From: Vitrella brassicaformis CCMP3155 | Taxonomy: Eukaryota > Protista > Chromerida | Assembly: GCA_001179505.1 (NCBI GenBank) | Contig: CDMY01000323.1 | Coordinates: forward strand, 1 to 64,000 | Direction: 5' to 3' | Length of the DNA: 64,000 nucleotides | Shown: positions 36,701-47,693 of the stretch, piece by piece | Position numbering within the stretch: the first letter of the stretch is position 1 | Layout: the number at the start of each line of letters is the position of its first letter | The notes under the pieces: generated by a model | Told to the model about the DNA's origin: nothing | The model's database searches: none | Seen by the model: only the letters and a program-made list of their open reading frames with translations | Made by a program: the position numbers and the translations under genes

Positions 36701-37425
36701 AGTGGCAACGAAAAGAAGTGACCTCGATGCCCACCAGAAGTGGATGGATGCGCCCCTTAGGAAGCTCAGGCAGAGAGCCCCGGACATCTCGAAATAGCTG
36801 TGCCGGTCCATGAGCTGCTTCCGCCACACACCTGTCAAAATCACATGTCAAAATCACATCTGTGCGCCCACTCCCACTCCGAGGCCCCGACTGAGTGTGC
36901 TCTCTCTGCTGGCTCACCGAAGAGGTCTTTGTGTCTGTGCAGGAAGTCGATCAGGAAGTGCCACGGCTTGGCGAGGCACGCCCCGAGGACCACATCGACA
37001 GCCAACACGCACTCGCGGCTGTTCACGAAGTGGGTGATGTGGAAGGCGGCAGCGTTGATGCTCTGCTCCACTGCATGGAGGAAGAAGGCGCTGCTCACGC
37101 GCAGCCGCACGACAGATCTGATGTCGCAGCACGTCAGGGCGATGTCCCACACCTGACACATACAGAAAGACAGACAGAAAGACAGACGGACAGACAGACA
37201 CACACGTGACAGGCCTGTCTGTCGACAGATGATGCCTGTGAGTCTTCTGTCTACTAAACTCCTCTATCTGCATCTGTCTGTGGTATTCTGTGTTTGTCTT
37301 GCGCCATGCTGTGCTCAATTGTGCTGCATGTGCCTGTTGGCGTCAGCAAGTACCTCAGGCGGGACGGATTCCAGTGAGAGACGAGGCGGGGCCTCAGATG
37401 ACGAAGATGACGATGACGACGCCAT
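33736..37425 (-). CDS. F-box + DUF3506 (cyclin-D1-binding/EXECUTER-type) domain protein, FBXO31-like architecture
   Basis: Spliced F-box LSLESVPPE|VWDIALTCCDIRSVVRLRVSSAFF; DUF3506-like LTGLWTASYGPHGYEFLWL..ARKVTGDPNVPA..YLGKG|GRLAQTNYGSPRW; Pro/Gly- and acid-rich C-terminal exons. Confidence 0.8.
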
Positions 37426-37849
37426 CACATACGCACTCGCAGCCTCGCTGCGAAGCGCTTTCTCGGTCGGGAGCGCTTTCCCGGTCGGAAGCGCGAGCTC
37501 CTCTCAAGCTCGCCATCATTGGGTCTCACATCGTTCGCTGTCTCCCACTAACCAACCAACCACTCCTTACCAAGCGCGACGCGAACGCTAGAGGTACACT
37601 ACACGAAAGAAAACAGGCAGTGTGCCAGCACTCCAATTGCAGCACTCACCACGGTGCTCCTCTTCGTACGTTCTCTGTTTTGGTTGCTGTGTGTCGTTGT
37701 TCATCAGGTTCTTACTACTCGCTAGACCTTTGAATTCGTTGGAATTCGTCGCCCCGCATGGCGTGTTTATCGCTGACTCGGCTGATTATCGCTGACAGAT
37801 AGCTGGTCAACTCAACTATCGCTCCTATCGCCTCAGTACCCGTACGATA

Positions 37850-39124
37850 ATGGCCATGGCCATGGCCTGTATACCACTCAACGGCATCCGCCTCGCCTCC
37901 CAGCTGGTGTGCGAGGAAGTGGCGGACAGGCTGACCGGCAACCCACTCCACACCTCTGACCCCTCCCTGCTGCCCACCACCGACGACACCCCCCCTCCCT
38001 ACTTCATCTACGGCAGCAGAATCGACCCTTGGGGCGAGGAGGTGCCCCTGGCCGGCATACCGCGGTCACGGCGGGGGACGCATCAGCATCACGGGAACCA
38101 TCGTGCGCCGCTCGGCCACCTGTATGCGCGCGACATCAGGGGGAGGGAAGGGGAGTACCTGATTGACATGGTGCTTCGGAAGTCGCGCGGTCGGCACACT
38201 GAGAGGGAGAGGGGGAGGAGGCGGCGGGACAAAGCCATCAAGGAGCTCCTCAGAGACGCGGCAGAGCTCTTCGTGCACTGGTGAGACCAAGAGACAGACA
38301 GACAGACAGACAGGAAAGCGTGAATCTCACTGATGCCTTTCCCTGTATGTTTTTTGTGCGTCAGGCCGTCATTGTGGGAGTCGATTGTGCACAAGCCGAC
38401 ATTGGCCCTGCTGGACGTCTACATGGCGACCCTCGCACACCCGGTCGCGCACGCACGCCGCCTGCGGCCCCCGAACATAACGCGTGAGCGAGTCGAGGTG
38501 TTTGTCGAGACGATCGTCGGTCTGTGGGAGGGCTTGCATGCCGCCCTCCCCACTGCTTTGCTCAAGATCGAGGAAGAGATGAGCGACATCCATGGGACGA
38601 GGGGAGGTTTCAAGACGCTCGGGCAAAAGGTGAGATGGGGGAGTGTCTGATGCGTCTCACATACCGACCGTTTGTGTTGCGCTGCGTTGCCTTGACAGGT
38701 GTTTGTGCTCTTCTTGCGTCATTTGTTCATCCCGTGTCGGGAGCACATCCACGCGGCGCTGCTGTCCCTCCCCCCCTCCACCCTCCTCTCTCGCGGCACA
38801 TGCATGTGGCTCCATTTCGAGACCACGCATCCGCCAGCGGGCCTCCCCCTCGCCCAACTCCCCAGGAGCCCCTCCGCCCTACAACTGGCCGCAAGGGCCC
38901 TCACCGTGTGTTCCGCGGAAGGCAGCACGGAGGCGGCGAGTTGCGGGCTGGCCCGGCTGGCGTTTGGGTGCCCCGGGCTGTTTGCTGAGAGCCTGCTGCT
39001 GCCTTTTCTCGATCCGGCAGCCATAGCGTGCCTACATACGTGTGCGAGAGAGTTCAGGATGGTCGCACTGGCTGTGAGCAGGGAGGGGACGGGAGGGGGA
39101 GGGGGGGTGTCACTGATTAACTAG
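37850..39124 (+). CDS. Three-exon hypothetical protein with possible C-terminal F-box-like segment
   Basis: ORFs 37850-38284, 38333-38650 and 38699-39124 are joinable at GT-AG junctions; LFAESLLLPFLDPAAIACLHTCAREFR near the C-terminus. Confidence 0.65.
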
Positions 39125-40849
39125 GGAGCTGGCAATGGGGGGGTGGGCGTTGTCCTGTATTGTGTATTGCTTGTGTGTGTCCATGGGGCCAAGGAGTGGG
39201 ATTTTTCTCGCTTTTCTATTCTCACATGCCATCTCTCGGCTTGGCTGTCTGTCTGTCTGTCTGTCTCTGTGGTGGATGGGTGCCGGGCGTCGCTGTCAGG
39301 GGACCGACCCACTCGTGTAGTGTGTAGTGTGTGTCAGCCATTTGTGGATCGATTGAGTGATTGACTGAGTGGGGCCACTCGCATGATAGCGACGGGCTGC
39401 TCGTTTATACGTACGCACAGATGCATGGATGGAGGGCAGAGAGGCAGACAGAGGAGACAGCACGGCCAAGGCGACGGATGGACAGATGAGCATACACACC
39501 TTATGCAAGACTGCATACCTTCAGTACGGTCGTGTGTTTCAAGCGAAAAAGGGCGCTGCGTGTCGGATGTGCGTGTGGTGTGCATATGGTGTGATCGGAT
39601 TTTTACTACTGCTCTGTTGTGCTGTGTGAGTGGGCGTCCTCCTCACCTCCCGCTTTCTGTGAGGAGGCTGTACCAAAGACAGCTGGGACACACACTGACT
39701 ACTCACTGACTGACTGGCTCAGCGACTGTTATTTGTTTTCTGTAGATATGATATGATATGCGATGCATGCATACATACAGACAGACATACATACATACAT
39801 ACATAGTGTGCGCGAACGGATGCCCCCCGCCCCTGGACAGACAGACGGAGGCACCTGGAACAGGTCTGCATCGGTCTGTCTCTCTGTCTTTCTGGCTCGC
39901 TGTGTCTCTCTGTCTCCCTTCCCCATATCTCTGTGTCTGCCGTTGTGCTGCCAATGGCATTCATCCCACGGGCCCACCACTCCGGCTGCTTGATTGGCGG
40001 TTGTGCGGTGTTGTGTGTACAGTATTCTTGCTTGAAGCCTGATAGTGACCGTGACGCTAGCGCTTGTTGAGTGGGGGGGCGGGTGGGCCAGTGGTGGGTG
40101 GGTGGGGTCGTTTCTGTCTGGCTGTCGAATCGCATCGAATCCAACCCAACCGTGTCGCACGCACCGCACCCGTTCTCTCTCTTTCTGCCTGCGTCCCTCA
40201 CGCAACACCGGACGGACACATCCCTTAGCGCTCCTTGTCTGTGTGTACAGCATCTCTCTGACTGGATGAACGGATGCATGCAGTGGTCGCTCGTTTGCGT
40301 GACAGACAGACAGACAGACAGTCAGATAGCGCGTCGGAAGCCAGCGCTATCTTATCGTTCTACCTGTCGTCCGTCTGTCGAAGAGAATCGGATCCGATCG
40401 TGTCGGGGTCACTCCATGGGTGCGTGCGTGCATTAGGGACAGTTTGGTCCTTTGTTGTCGGCGGCCAGCCGCGAGAAAAAAGAGGCCTGCCTGGCTCGCC
40501 TGGCCTTGGGATGAATTGGCGGGGTGCATATGTGCATTATTGATTGAGGTGCAGAAGGGATGGACAGTCGCCATGTGGTGTGTGTGCGTGCGTGCAAGTG
40601 GGTGGATGGGTGGGTGTACAGTATTGGTTGATCGACTGATGGCTTGACAAGTGAGTGGTAAGACAGTAGTGAATTGTACCAAGAAGAATAGTGCCTGACG
40701 AATCGCCCGAGTTTACGGAAATGGAACGGCAACGGTCGGCACGGGAACGGTCAGTTGTTCCCGTGGGGCGTTCACGTCCGTGCCGAGAATCAAATCACCT
40801 GATCAGACCCAGCTCTTCGTCTCTCGCTATCTTCCTCTGACTGCTCGCT

Positions 40850-41199
40850 GTGTCGTGTGTGTTCGCATCGCTCGTCCTCTTCATTGGCGCGACAAATCCT
40901 GAGCATGACGACGCCCCCGGACATCTGCGCGGCGCTGACGATAACGAGGCAATCCAGGTACAACGCGGATTCTCTGATGGCCATCATAACAGGAGGGGTG
41001 CGGGTGTGGTTTGTGTGCTCTCACAGGGCAATGACACTGTCGCCATTTCGGAGGCCAGGGATGTAGGGGCGGTCTGCGGACAAGACAGTGGGTGCAACTC
41101 CCGCAACTGTGCGAACGGACGATGCTGGCCGGAAGGCGCTGGCTGGCAGCCGGCCGGTGGTTCACCAATCCGGGAGTCTGTGTGTGTGGGGGGGGGGGG
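40850..41199 (+). CDS. Possible small secreted Cys-rich protein, truncated by the assembly gap
   Basis: Hydrophobic N-terminus MSCVFASLVLFIGA; CGQDSGCNSRNCANGRC motif. Confidence 0.4.
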
Positions 41200-41499
41200 N
41201 NNNNNNNNNNNNNNNNNNNNNNNNNNNNNNNNNNNNNNNNNNNNNNNNNNNNNNNNNNNNNNNNNNNNNNNNNNNNNNNNNNNNNNNNNNNNNNNNNNNN
41301 NNNNNNNNNNNNNNNNNNNNNNNNNNNNNNNNNNNNNNNNNNNNNNNNNNNNNNNNNNNNNNNNNNNNNNNNNNNNNNNNNNNNNNNNNNNNNNNNNNNN
41401 NNNNNNNNNNNNNNNNNNNNNNNNNNNNNNNNNNNNNNNNNNNNNNNNNNNNNNNNNNNNNNNNNNNNNNNNNNNNNNNNNNNNNNNNNNNNNNNNNNN
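41200..41499. other. Assembly gap (300 N) flanked by poly-G runs
   Basis: Read directly from the sequence. Confidence 1.
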
Positions 41500-41849
41500 G
41501 GGGGGGGGGGGAGAGTGTGGAAGAGAGACACACGTCGGAAGAGAGCCATTGGGTGGGGCTGGGTGCATGTCTCTGTATCATACTCGTGTGCTAGCGTAGC
41601 CGTCGGTCAGTGTGCCCGAAAAGGGGGTGACAAACCGACAGGCTGGCTGCTCAGTCAGTGCATGCGGGATCAGTGTGTCGACACACCAGCAGGGGGGCAG
41701 GGGATGTATGGACTTCGTGTATAAAAATTGACCATGGCAGTTGTGTGTTGTGAGGGCGAGACACGGGGATGAGATCGATCAACGGGTGCTCGCACCACCA
41801 ATGGTCAATGCATCGGTCTTACCACTTGTCAGATTTAGTGAGGTCCAAT

Positions 41850-42512
41850 CTACGTAACCTCTGCCACCTCGTTCAAGTGACATGTCAGGGCGCTTCGTGT
41901 CTGGTAGGTTTCATCACAATTCCGTGCAGATGAGTCCTCGCTCCGTGGGAGTCTTTCTATCACAGGCAAGACGAAATATGCATATATACTATCAGACACG
42001 TCCATAGCCGACAGTGCAGGCGCCGCATGAAAGACAGTGCAGGCCACAAAATGGCACTCCACTCACCACACAACACACCAACCACCCAAACCCACGACCC
42101 TCATGTGGGGGAAGGACCGACGCAGCAAGATCAATACTTGTGTCAGTCACGCTGCTGCAGCAGCCACGGCGCCCGTGAGATACGCTTCCCGCGCACGATG
42201 AGATGGCGTCTTCCATCACTCCACAAGTATTGGCAGCCTCCCGGCTGTTGCCGAAGTCGCCAAGCTTGAGCCACAGACGCCAACCTGCGCGAAGAACAGA
42301 CATCACTCATTCCACCTATGTGTATGTCTGTCCATGGCAAGGTAAGGCTTGTGATTGCTGCATGTCAGGACGTGCCTTGGTGCTTGATGAGGTCGCAATG
42401 CCATACGCCCTTCTGCTCCAGATAGGCCATGGCGGCAGCACGCTGGGCGGCAGACCAGCGGGGTAGTCTGAAGCAGGAAGCCGTCAGGTGGGTCATTGCA
42501 CAGCTCCATCAT
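41850..42512 (-). pseudogene. Degenerate protein kinase remnant
   Basis: In order on the minus strand: MMELC hinge, AAAMAYLEQKGVWHCDL (42389-42400, HRD-like, reached by a frameshift), WLKLGDFG (DFG at 42250-42258), and a weak APE/DVWS-like HAAPA..MDVS. Confidence 0.6.
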
Positions 42513-42663
42513 GAAGGCACCTTGGCCGCCGCCAGCACCGTGGTCTTACGTGCCTCAACGATGGCGGCACGTGTAAGACCACCGAGCAGTGCATCACGCG
42601 GATCTCAAAAAACCAAACCTGGAAACAACACATGACAAACGCCAACCATCACGCGAGCAAATA

Positions 42664-42743
42664 TGGCCACAGTGAGGTTCGAACTCACGCCCTCGCGGAC
42701 CACGGCCTTAACGTGGCGCCTTAGACCACTCGGCCATGTGACC
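42664..42743 (-). tRNA. tRNA-Leu (AAG)
   Basis: GGTCACA..GCCGAGTGGTCTAAGGC-G-CCACG-TTAAGGC-CGTGG-long variable arm-GTGAG-TTCGAAC-CTCAC-TGTGGCC-A; 80 nt. Confidence 0.95.
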
Positions 42744-42990
42744 TGCTACCAATGTGGAATGTGTTCTGCTATGCTTCCTGTATCTCCAGTGCACGTGACG
42801 CTCCTGTCGCTTTTCGGTGGCCTCCATCTCTCCTGCCCGTCGATCTCCCTCCAGCAAGCTTGCCCAAGGCCCCCCGTCTGCATGCATGCCCTTGCATGCC
42901 AAACGAGATGACAAACGATTCGGTGGCCCCTTGTCGATTCTGTTCTCTCTTCACGGCAGCGCTCCATTAGCAGCAGCTATCCATCCATAC

Positions 42991-43101
42991 ATGCTCGAGT
43001 CGGCGAAGTGAGACAATCGATACGACGTCAAAGCATTTGAAAGCATGTATGCTCGAGTCGGCGAAGTGAGACAATCGATACGACGTCAAAGCATTTGAAA
43101 G
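42991..43101. repeat. Exact 53-bp direct repeat (42991-43043 and 43049-43101) between the two tRNA-Leu genes
   Basis: atgctcgagtcggcgaagtgagacaatcgatacgacgtcaaagcatttgaaag twice, with a 5-nt spacer. Confidence 0.95.
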
Positions 43102-43125
43102 TTCGAATATAAGCAATGAGAATCA

Positions 43126-43205
43126 TGGTGACAGTGAGGTTCGAACTCACGCCCTCGCGGACTACGACCTGAACGTAGCGCCTTAGACCACTCGGCCATG
43201 TCACC
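43126..43205 (-). tRNA. tRNA-Leu (CAG)
   Basis: GGTGACA..CTACG-TTCAGGT-CGTAG..TGTCACC-A; 80 nt; D, variable and T arms identical to the AAG copy. Confidence 0.95.
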
Positions 43206-43379
43206 TGTTGAGGATCTGGGAGGAAGGCCATGACGCTGTCCCTGTGTGTGATTTGCTTCTCCAGCCCCGAATCACCCCTCTGCTTGGGTGATTTTCGTTC
43301 GTATCGTAGTCACAGACACGGCAGGCAAAGGGCAGGCGCATCAATGCTCTCATGTGTCGGTATGTGTGCGCAGGCAAAG

Positions 43380-44047
43380 GCAGAGGAGGATCCTCACTCG
43401 TGAGGCTGCAGCTCTTCAGCACGACAGTTGTCTGCGCGTGACATGCTGCCACGACATTCATTCACCCCACAAGAACATTCATTCATTCATTCATTCATTG
43501 TATTTGTTTGTCTTTGGTGTAGAGGATAGGGAACCTGAAAGGTGGGAAGGATCATCCCCATTCTGGTCTGAGCTGAGGGCCCTGGGCAAACCGCCCACTC
43601 GCTCCGTTTCTCGCCGAGAGGTGTTCTGGCGCGTGTGACCGCTCTCTCGTCGGCTGCCGATGGTCTGTGTGTGATCAAGGGCACCTGTCGGCCCATCGGC
43701 TGGGCAACGGCGAAGCAATCGCCCGGCCACGCATCGACCCTGATGACACCACACTACCCGCCGATGTGTGGCGTGCTATCTATCAGATGCTGCCCATCGA
43801 CTACATCATCAGCGACCATCACCGACTCCCCACGTGGTGGTCGCCGGCGATTCGTTGTGCTGATGGGCAAGGAGCGATGAGTAAGGGCGACACCGTTTTT
43901 GGCCACTTGTGGCTCACCGATGGCACTATCTTCGTATTCGCGACCGAGGCGCTCATTGAGGGCAGGACAGACATCCTGGTGGCCAGTATGGCTGGCCAGA
44001 TATGGGCAGGCGAGGACAGTCGTCGGATAGACGGCCTACATGACTAG
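43380..44047 (+). pseudogene. Frameshifted gene fragment of unknown family
   Basis: Coding-like text moves across frames: PFWSELRALGKPP..VFWR, then TALSSAADGLCVIKG, then HLSAHRLG..RIDPDDTTLPADVWRAIYQMLP; two apparent frameshifts near 43635 and 43680. Confidence 0.45.
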
Positions 44048-44574
44048 CTGCTGAACTGAGGGGCTGGCCCACTTTGTGTATTCCATCCATTCAATACATT
44101 GACTCAATCGTCAAGACATCAGCGTCTTCGAAATGACTTGGGTTGTACATTACTTGTCTGGCATCTTGCAGGTGGCCGTTCAAGAGAATGAGGGCAGTCG
44201 ATGATAGCGTATGATTTCTGCCAGCGTGATTTGGTTTAGCTGGCGATGCCGTCCGTGTATGTCTGCTTATGACTGGAGCTGCCCATGACTGGTTACTTGT
44301 AACGAGCAATTCAGATATTACACGTGGGTTCATCAAGTCATCCATCCCCGTTCGTACAGCCATCCGTCCTTACACACACTGCGAAAACACCTAATGCCTT
44401 ATCGCCAAATCTGCCCATCGATCTGCTCGATCGATGCCTCAGCCACAAAGCCACAAGACAAGCAAAGGGGCCGCCCAGACAAACCTGCATATCCAGTCAC
44501 GTAGACATGCCTCACAAAGTTGCTGAGTCATCCGTAATCGATGCCGTGTGCGATCCGTCCGTCCGTCCGTCGAC

Positions 44575-46713
44575 TTACACTGCGGTTGAGTGCATGCCAG
44601 CACGAGTAGCAGCGTGTCCACCTGGTGCGTTCTTGTCCTCTTGCTCCTGCGCTTCCGCCTTCTTGTTATATTCCTGCTCTTTCCGCTCGATCTCGGCCTC
44701 TTCCTGCTCCTCGCGCTTTATGCGCTCTTCACGCTGGGACGGCGTCTCCGCCTGATAGTGTGTGTGGACACGGACACCGGACATAGATGCAGTCATGGTT
44801 GATTGACATATGGATGTCTCCCTGACAGACTGACTGGGTGTGGTATCTTCTGCAGGATGGATGCATATGGCTGGCGCTGCTCTGTCCTGCTCTTCTGCAA
44901 GGACTCGGTCTCCAGGTCCAGGTCGGCTTTGACCTGCACATGTGTGTGTGTGTGTGTGCCGTGTCCATCTGGCTGGCTCCATGGATGCAATATCCATCTT
45001 TGTGTACCTTTTCTTCCTCTGCCAGCACTGTCCGCCGCATATTCTCTTCAACCAGCATGTCATTCTGCATCTCACCGCGACGCCTGTGTACACAGACAAA
45101 GTACACCGACACAGCAACACACATCACCTAAGCGACCAACCAACCAGATACCAGATGTGTCTCCTCTCTCTCTCACCTGTTGATCTCTCTGTCGATGTCT
45201 CCCAGACCCTTGAAGAGCTGCAGGGTCTGGTCGAGCTCTTGCAGGTAGTCCATGGCAGGCTGATGTGCCCCACACAGAAAGATGGACACAAGAGGCAGGC
45301 AGGCGTTTGGGCGGCTGGCTGGCTGACCATGCTGCTGTCATACAGGCCGATGAACGCCGACCGAAATGACTCAGGACTCCTCGGGTCGAAGAGCGTCCCA
45401 ACAGGTCGTGGCAAAGCCAGCTCGCCGCTGCTCGTCAAATGAGGTAACACCTCTCCGGGCACGGGCGCCTTGTAGAGCTTCCGCTTTTCATTCTTCCTCG
45501 GGGCATCGATAGCCGCTTGCCGCCAGAACTTCGACATGATGCGGACCTGGCCTGCCTTGTCATCAGAGGCCGATTCGGGGGGCAGCTGGGGAAGATACGG
45601 CATTGCCAGCTGGTCCCCCTTCGGCAGCGAGCCATTGGCCGCCACTGGCATTGACGAAGGTGGCGGTGATGCCGACTGCGTCTGAGGACTGGCATTCGTC
45701 TGCGCTTGTGGGGCGGGCTGATCGCTGGCTGGGGCCGCGGGTTGCCCACCGGATGGAGTGGCCGCCGTCTCTTGTGGCTGCTGTGGTGTTTCGGGCTGAG
45801 AAGGGGCTGTGCTGTTGGTCGGGGATGGCGGGGGGGCGCCTCCTTTGTCTTCTCCTGTAGGTGGAGACGGGGTATCTGCTGAGGGCGACGGAGCAGCAGA
45901 TGCATCCTGTGTCTCGTTGGAAGGTTTGTCTGGGTCCGCACGTGTGCTTATATGGCGGCTGTTGCCTTGCTGCGTGAACCAGCTATGGCCGAACACTCGG
46001 CTGTTGCTGTTGCCGTACCACCCCGTTGTCCCTTTGCTGACGTTCCCCGCCGATTGTCGGCCGCGAGCCGACATGCCGTTTCCTTGCTGCTGCTGCAGCA
46101 CAGAAGGCTGTGGGTGTGCGCTGAGGGGAGATGAATAGGGCACTGTATAATATGGGAGAGGCGGATAAATGGCAGGGGCCATCCAGGGCCCTCGGGCAGA
46201 GAAGGGTGCGGGCTGGTAGTAAGGATAGGGCGTCCACTGTCGGTGCGGCAGGGCTGCCGATGGTGATGTCTCTCTTGTGCTGGGCAGCGTTACTCCTCGG
46301 TTGGGCGCGCTTCTCCTCCCCTGGATGAAAGCCCGGTGGTGTTGCTGGTCGATCTGCAGGAAGCCTGGTTTTCCTCTCCTTATAGAGGCACCTAGGTTGA
46401 CACGAGATTCATCGGGGTTAAGCGCTGAGAAGAAATCCATTATCTCCCCGGGCAGGCTGCCTCTGCCGCCGTGGAAATGGCTGACAGACATCCGTCTCCT
46501 GTGCGAGCCACGTCTCCTGAGTGCGCCCGTGGATGAGATTCTGTTGAGGTTTCGCCTACTCGATGGCCCTCGGTGGGGCTCATGCGGTGGGAGGCGCCCC
46601 GTGTCGACCGCCAGCGCGAATAGCACAGGCAGGAAGATGAAAGACAGGGCAGCAGGGATAAGTTTAAGTGTAGACGGTGGCGGTCGGGCGGAGGCCAGGA
46701 CCTGGTGCTTCAT
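44575..46713 (-). CDS. Predicted secreted or signal-anchored Pro/Gln-rich protein with acidic coiled-coil C-terminus, multi-exon
   Basis: 529-aa ORF with hydrophobic IPAALSFIFLPVLFALA; downstream exons DYLQELDQTLQLFKGLGDIDREIN and REERIKREEQEEAEIERKEQEY. Confidence 0.7.
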
Positions 46714-46979
46714 TCCATCAGAATGCCCCTAGGGGTCTGGCGGCCGCTCGGAGGTGCAAGGGGGACAATCTGAGACGTCGTCTCCGTGGTTCGTGTCATG
46801 GGCAGCACGCTGGCAGGAGCAGCGTTAGAGAGGATGCCACCACCGTGCAAAGCGTGATTGCAAAGCCCAGTGCAAAGCGCGTGCGGTGACGAGGGTCACC
46901 GACACGGCGGACTGTAGAGTCTCCCACGGGGCGGGTGACCCAGGCTCAGCCGAGGGCGGAGACCGACAAGCAATGGCGA

Positions 46980-47141
46980 GAAAACTGACCCAGGGGGGTT
47001 GGAAACTGCGTTCTGAAACTGCAGGGCCGGGCCCCGGAAAACTGGTGCTCTGCAGAAAACTGTAGCACGCGGAAAACTGGTGGTCTGCACTGAAAACTGG
47101 CCATCCGACGCGACCCAGTCATGAGGCCGACGTCAGTTTTC
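46980..47141. promoter_or_regulatory. Cluster of seven GAAA(A)CTG motifs plus one inverted copy, upstream of the 46713 start
   Basis: Copies at 46980, 47002, 47015, 47037, 47055, 47072 and 47092; inverted CAGTTTTC at 47134; function is inferred only. Confidence 0.5.
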
Positions 47142-47347
47142 CAATGAATTATGTGTGTATCTTTAGGGACGTCGTTCGTTCTCAATTGTGCATCCTCCAG
47201 CTTAATCCAGCTCTTCGTCAGCGATGATGATGATGGCGCATTCAGCACTGAGACTGTAGACTTCGCCCAGAGCGTCATCGAACATCCATCCATCCCCTTC
47301 CTACCTCGATAAATATCTACACCCCCCGGGGAGACAGCCATCTATCC

Positions 47348-47379
<32 letters not shown>

Positions 47380-47693
47380 GCCCAAGGAAGGACGTCACTC
47401 CTGCTCATTGCTGGTGATGCGGTCACCGGCCTGAGGCGCGCAGTGCTCAGGCAGATCGCGCCTCAGGCCGGCCGACATTTAGGAGGGCGTCGCCACCGCG
47501 AGCAGCACCAGCAGTGGCGTCGCCTTGGTGACACAATAAGGACGAGGGCGCTAGCTGCCGACGGGACGGGGCTGCTGGTTGACGGGACACGTGCCATTCA
47601 GCCGGGGACGCCAGAACTCTGCGGGCACGTTTGCCCACACCATCTCCTTCAATTCGGCCAATCACCATACCACGTGTTTCGGCTGCAGGTGCG

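Noticed and set aside
40850-41724. Long ORFs crossing the N run
   Set aside because: Artefact of translating the assembly gap
42663-42911. ORF MATVRFELTPSRTT.. (and 28660-29001, 43028-43231)
   Set aside because: These are translations overlapping the tRNA genes
42991-43101. CRISPR-like repeat
   Set aside because: Only two 53-bp copies with a 5-nt spacer, no cas genes, eukaryotic context
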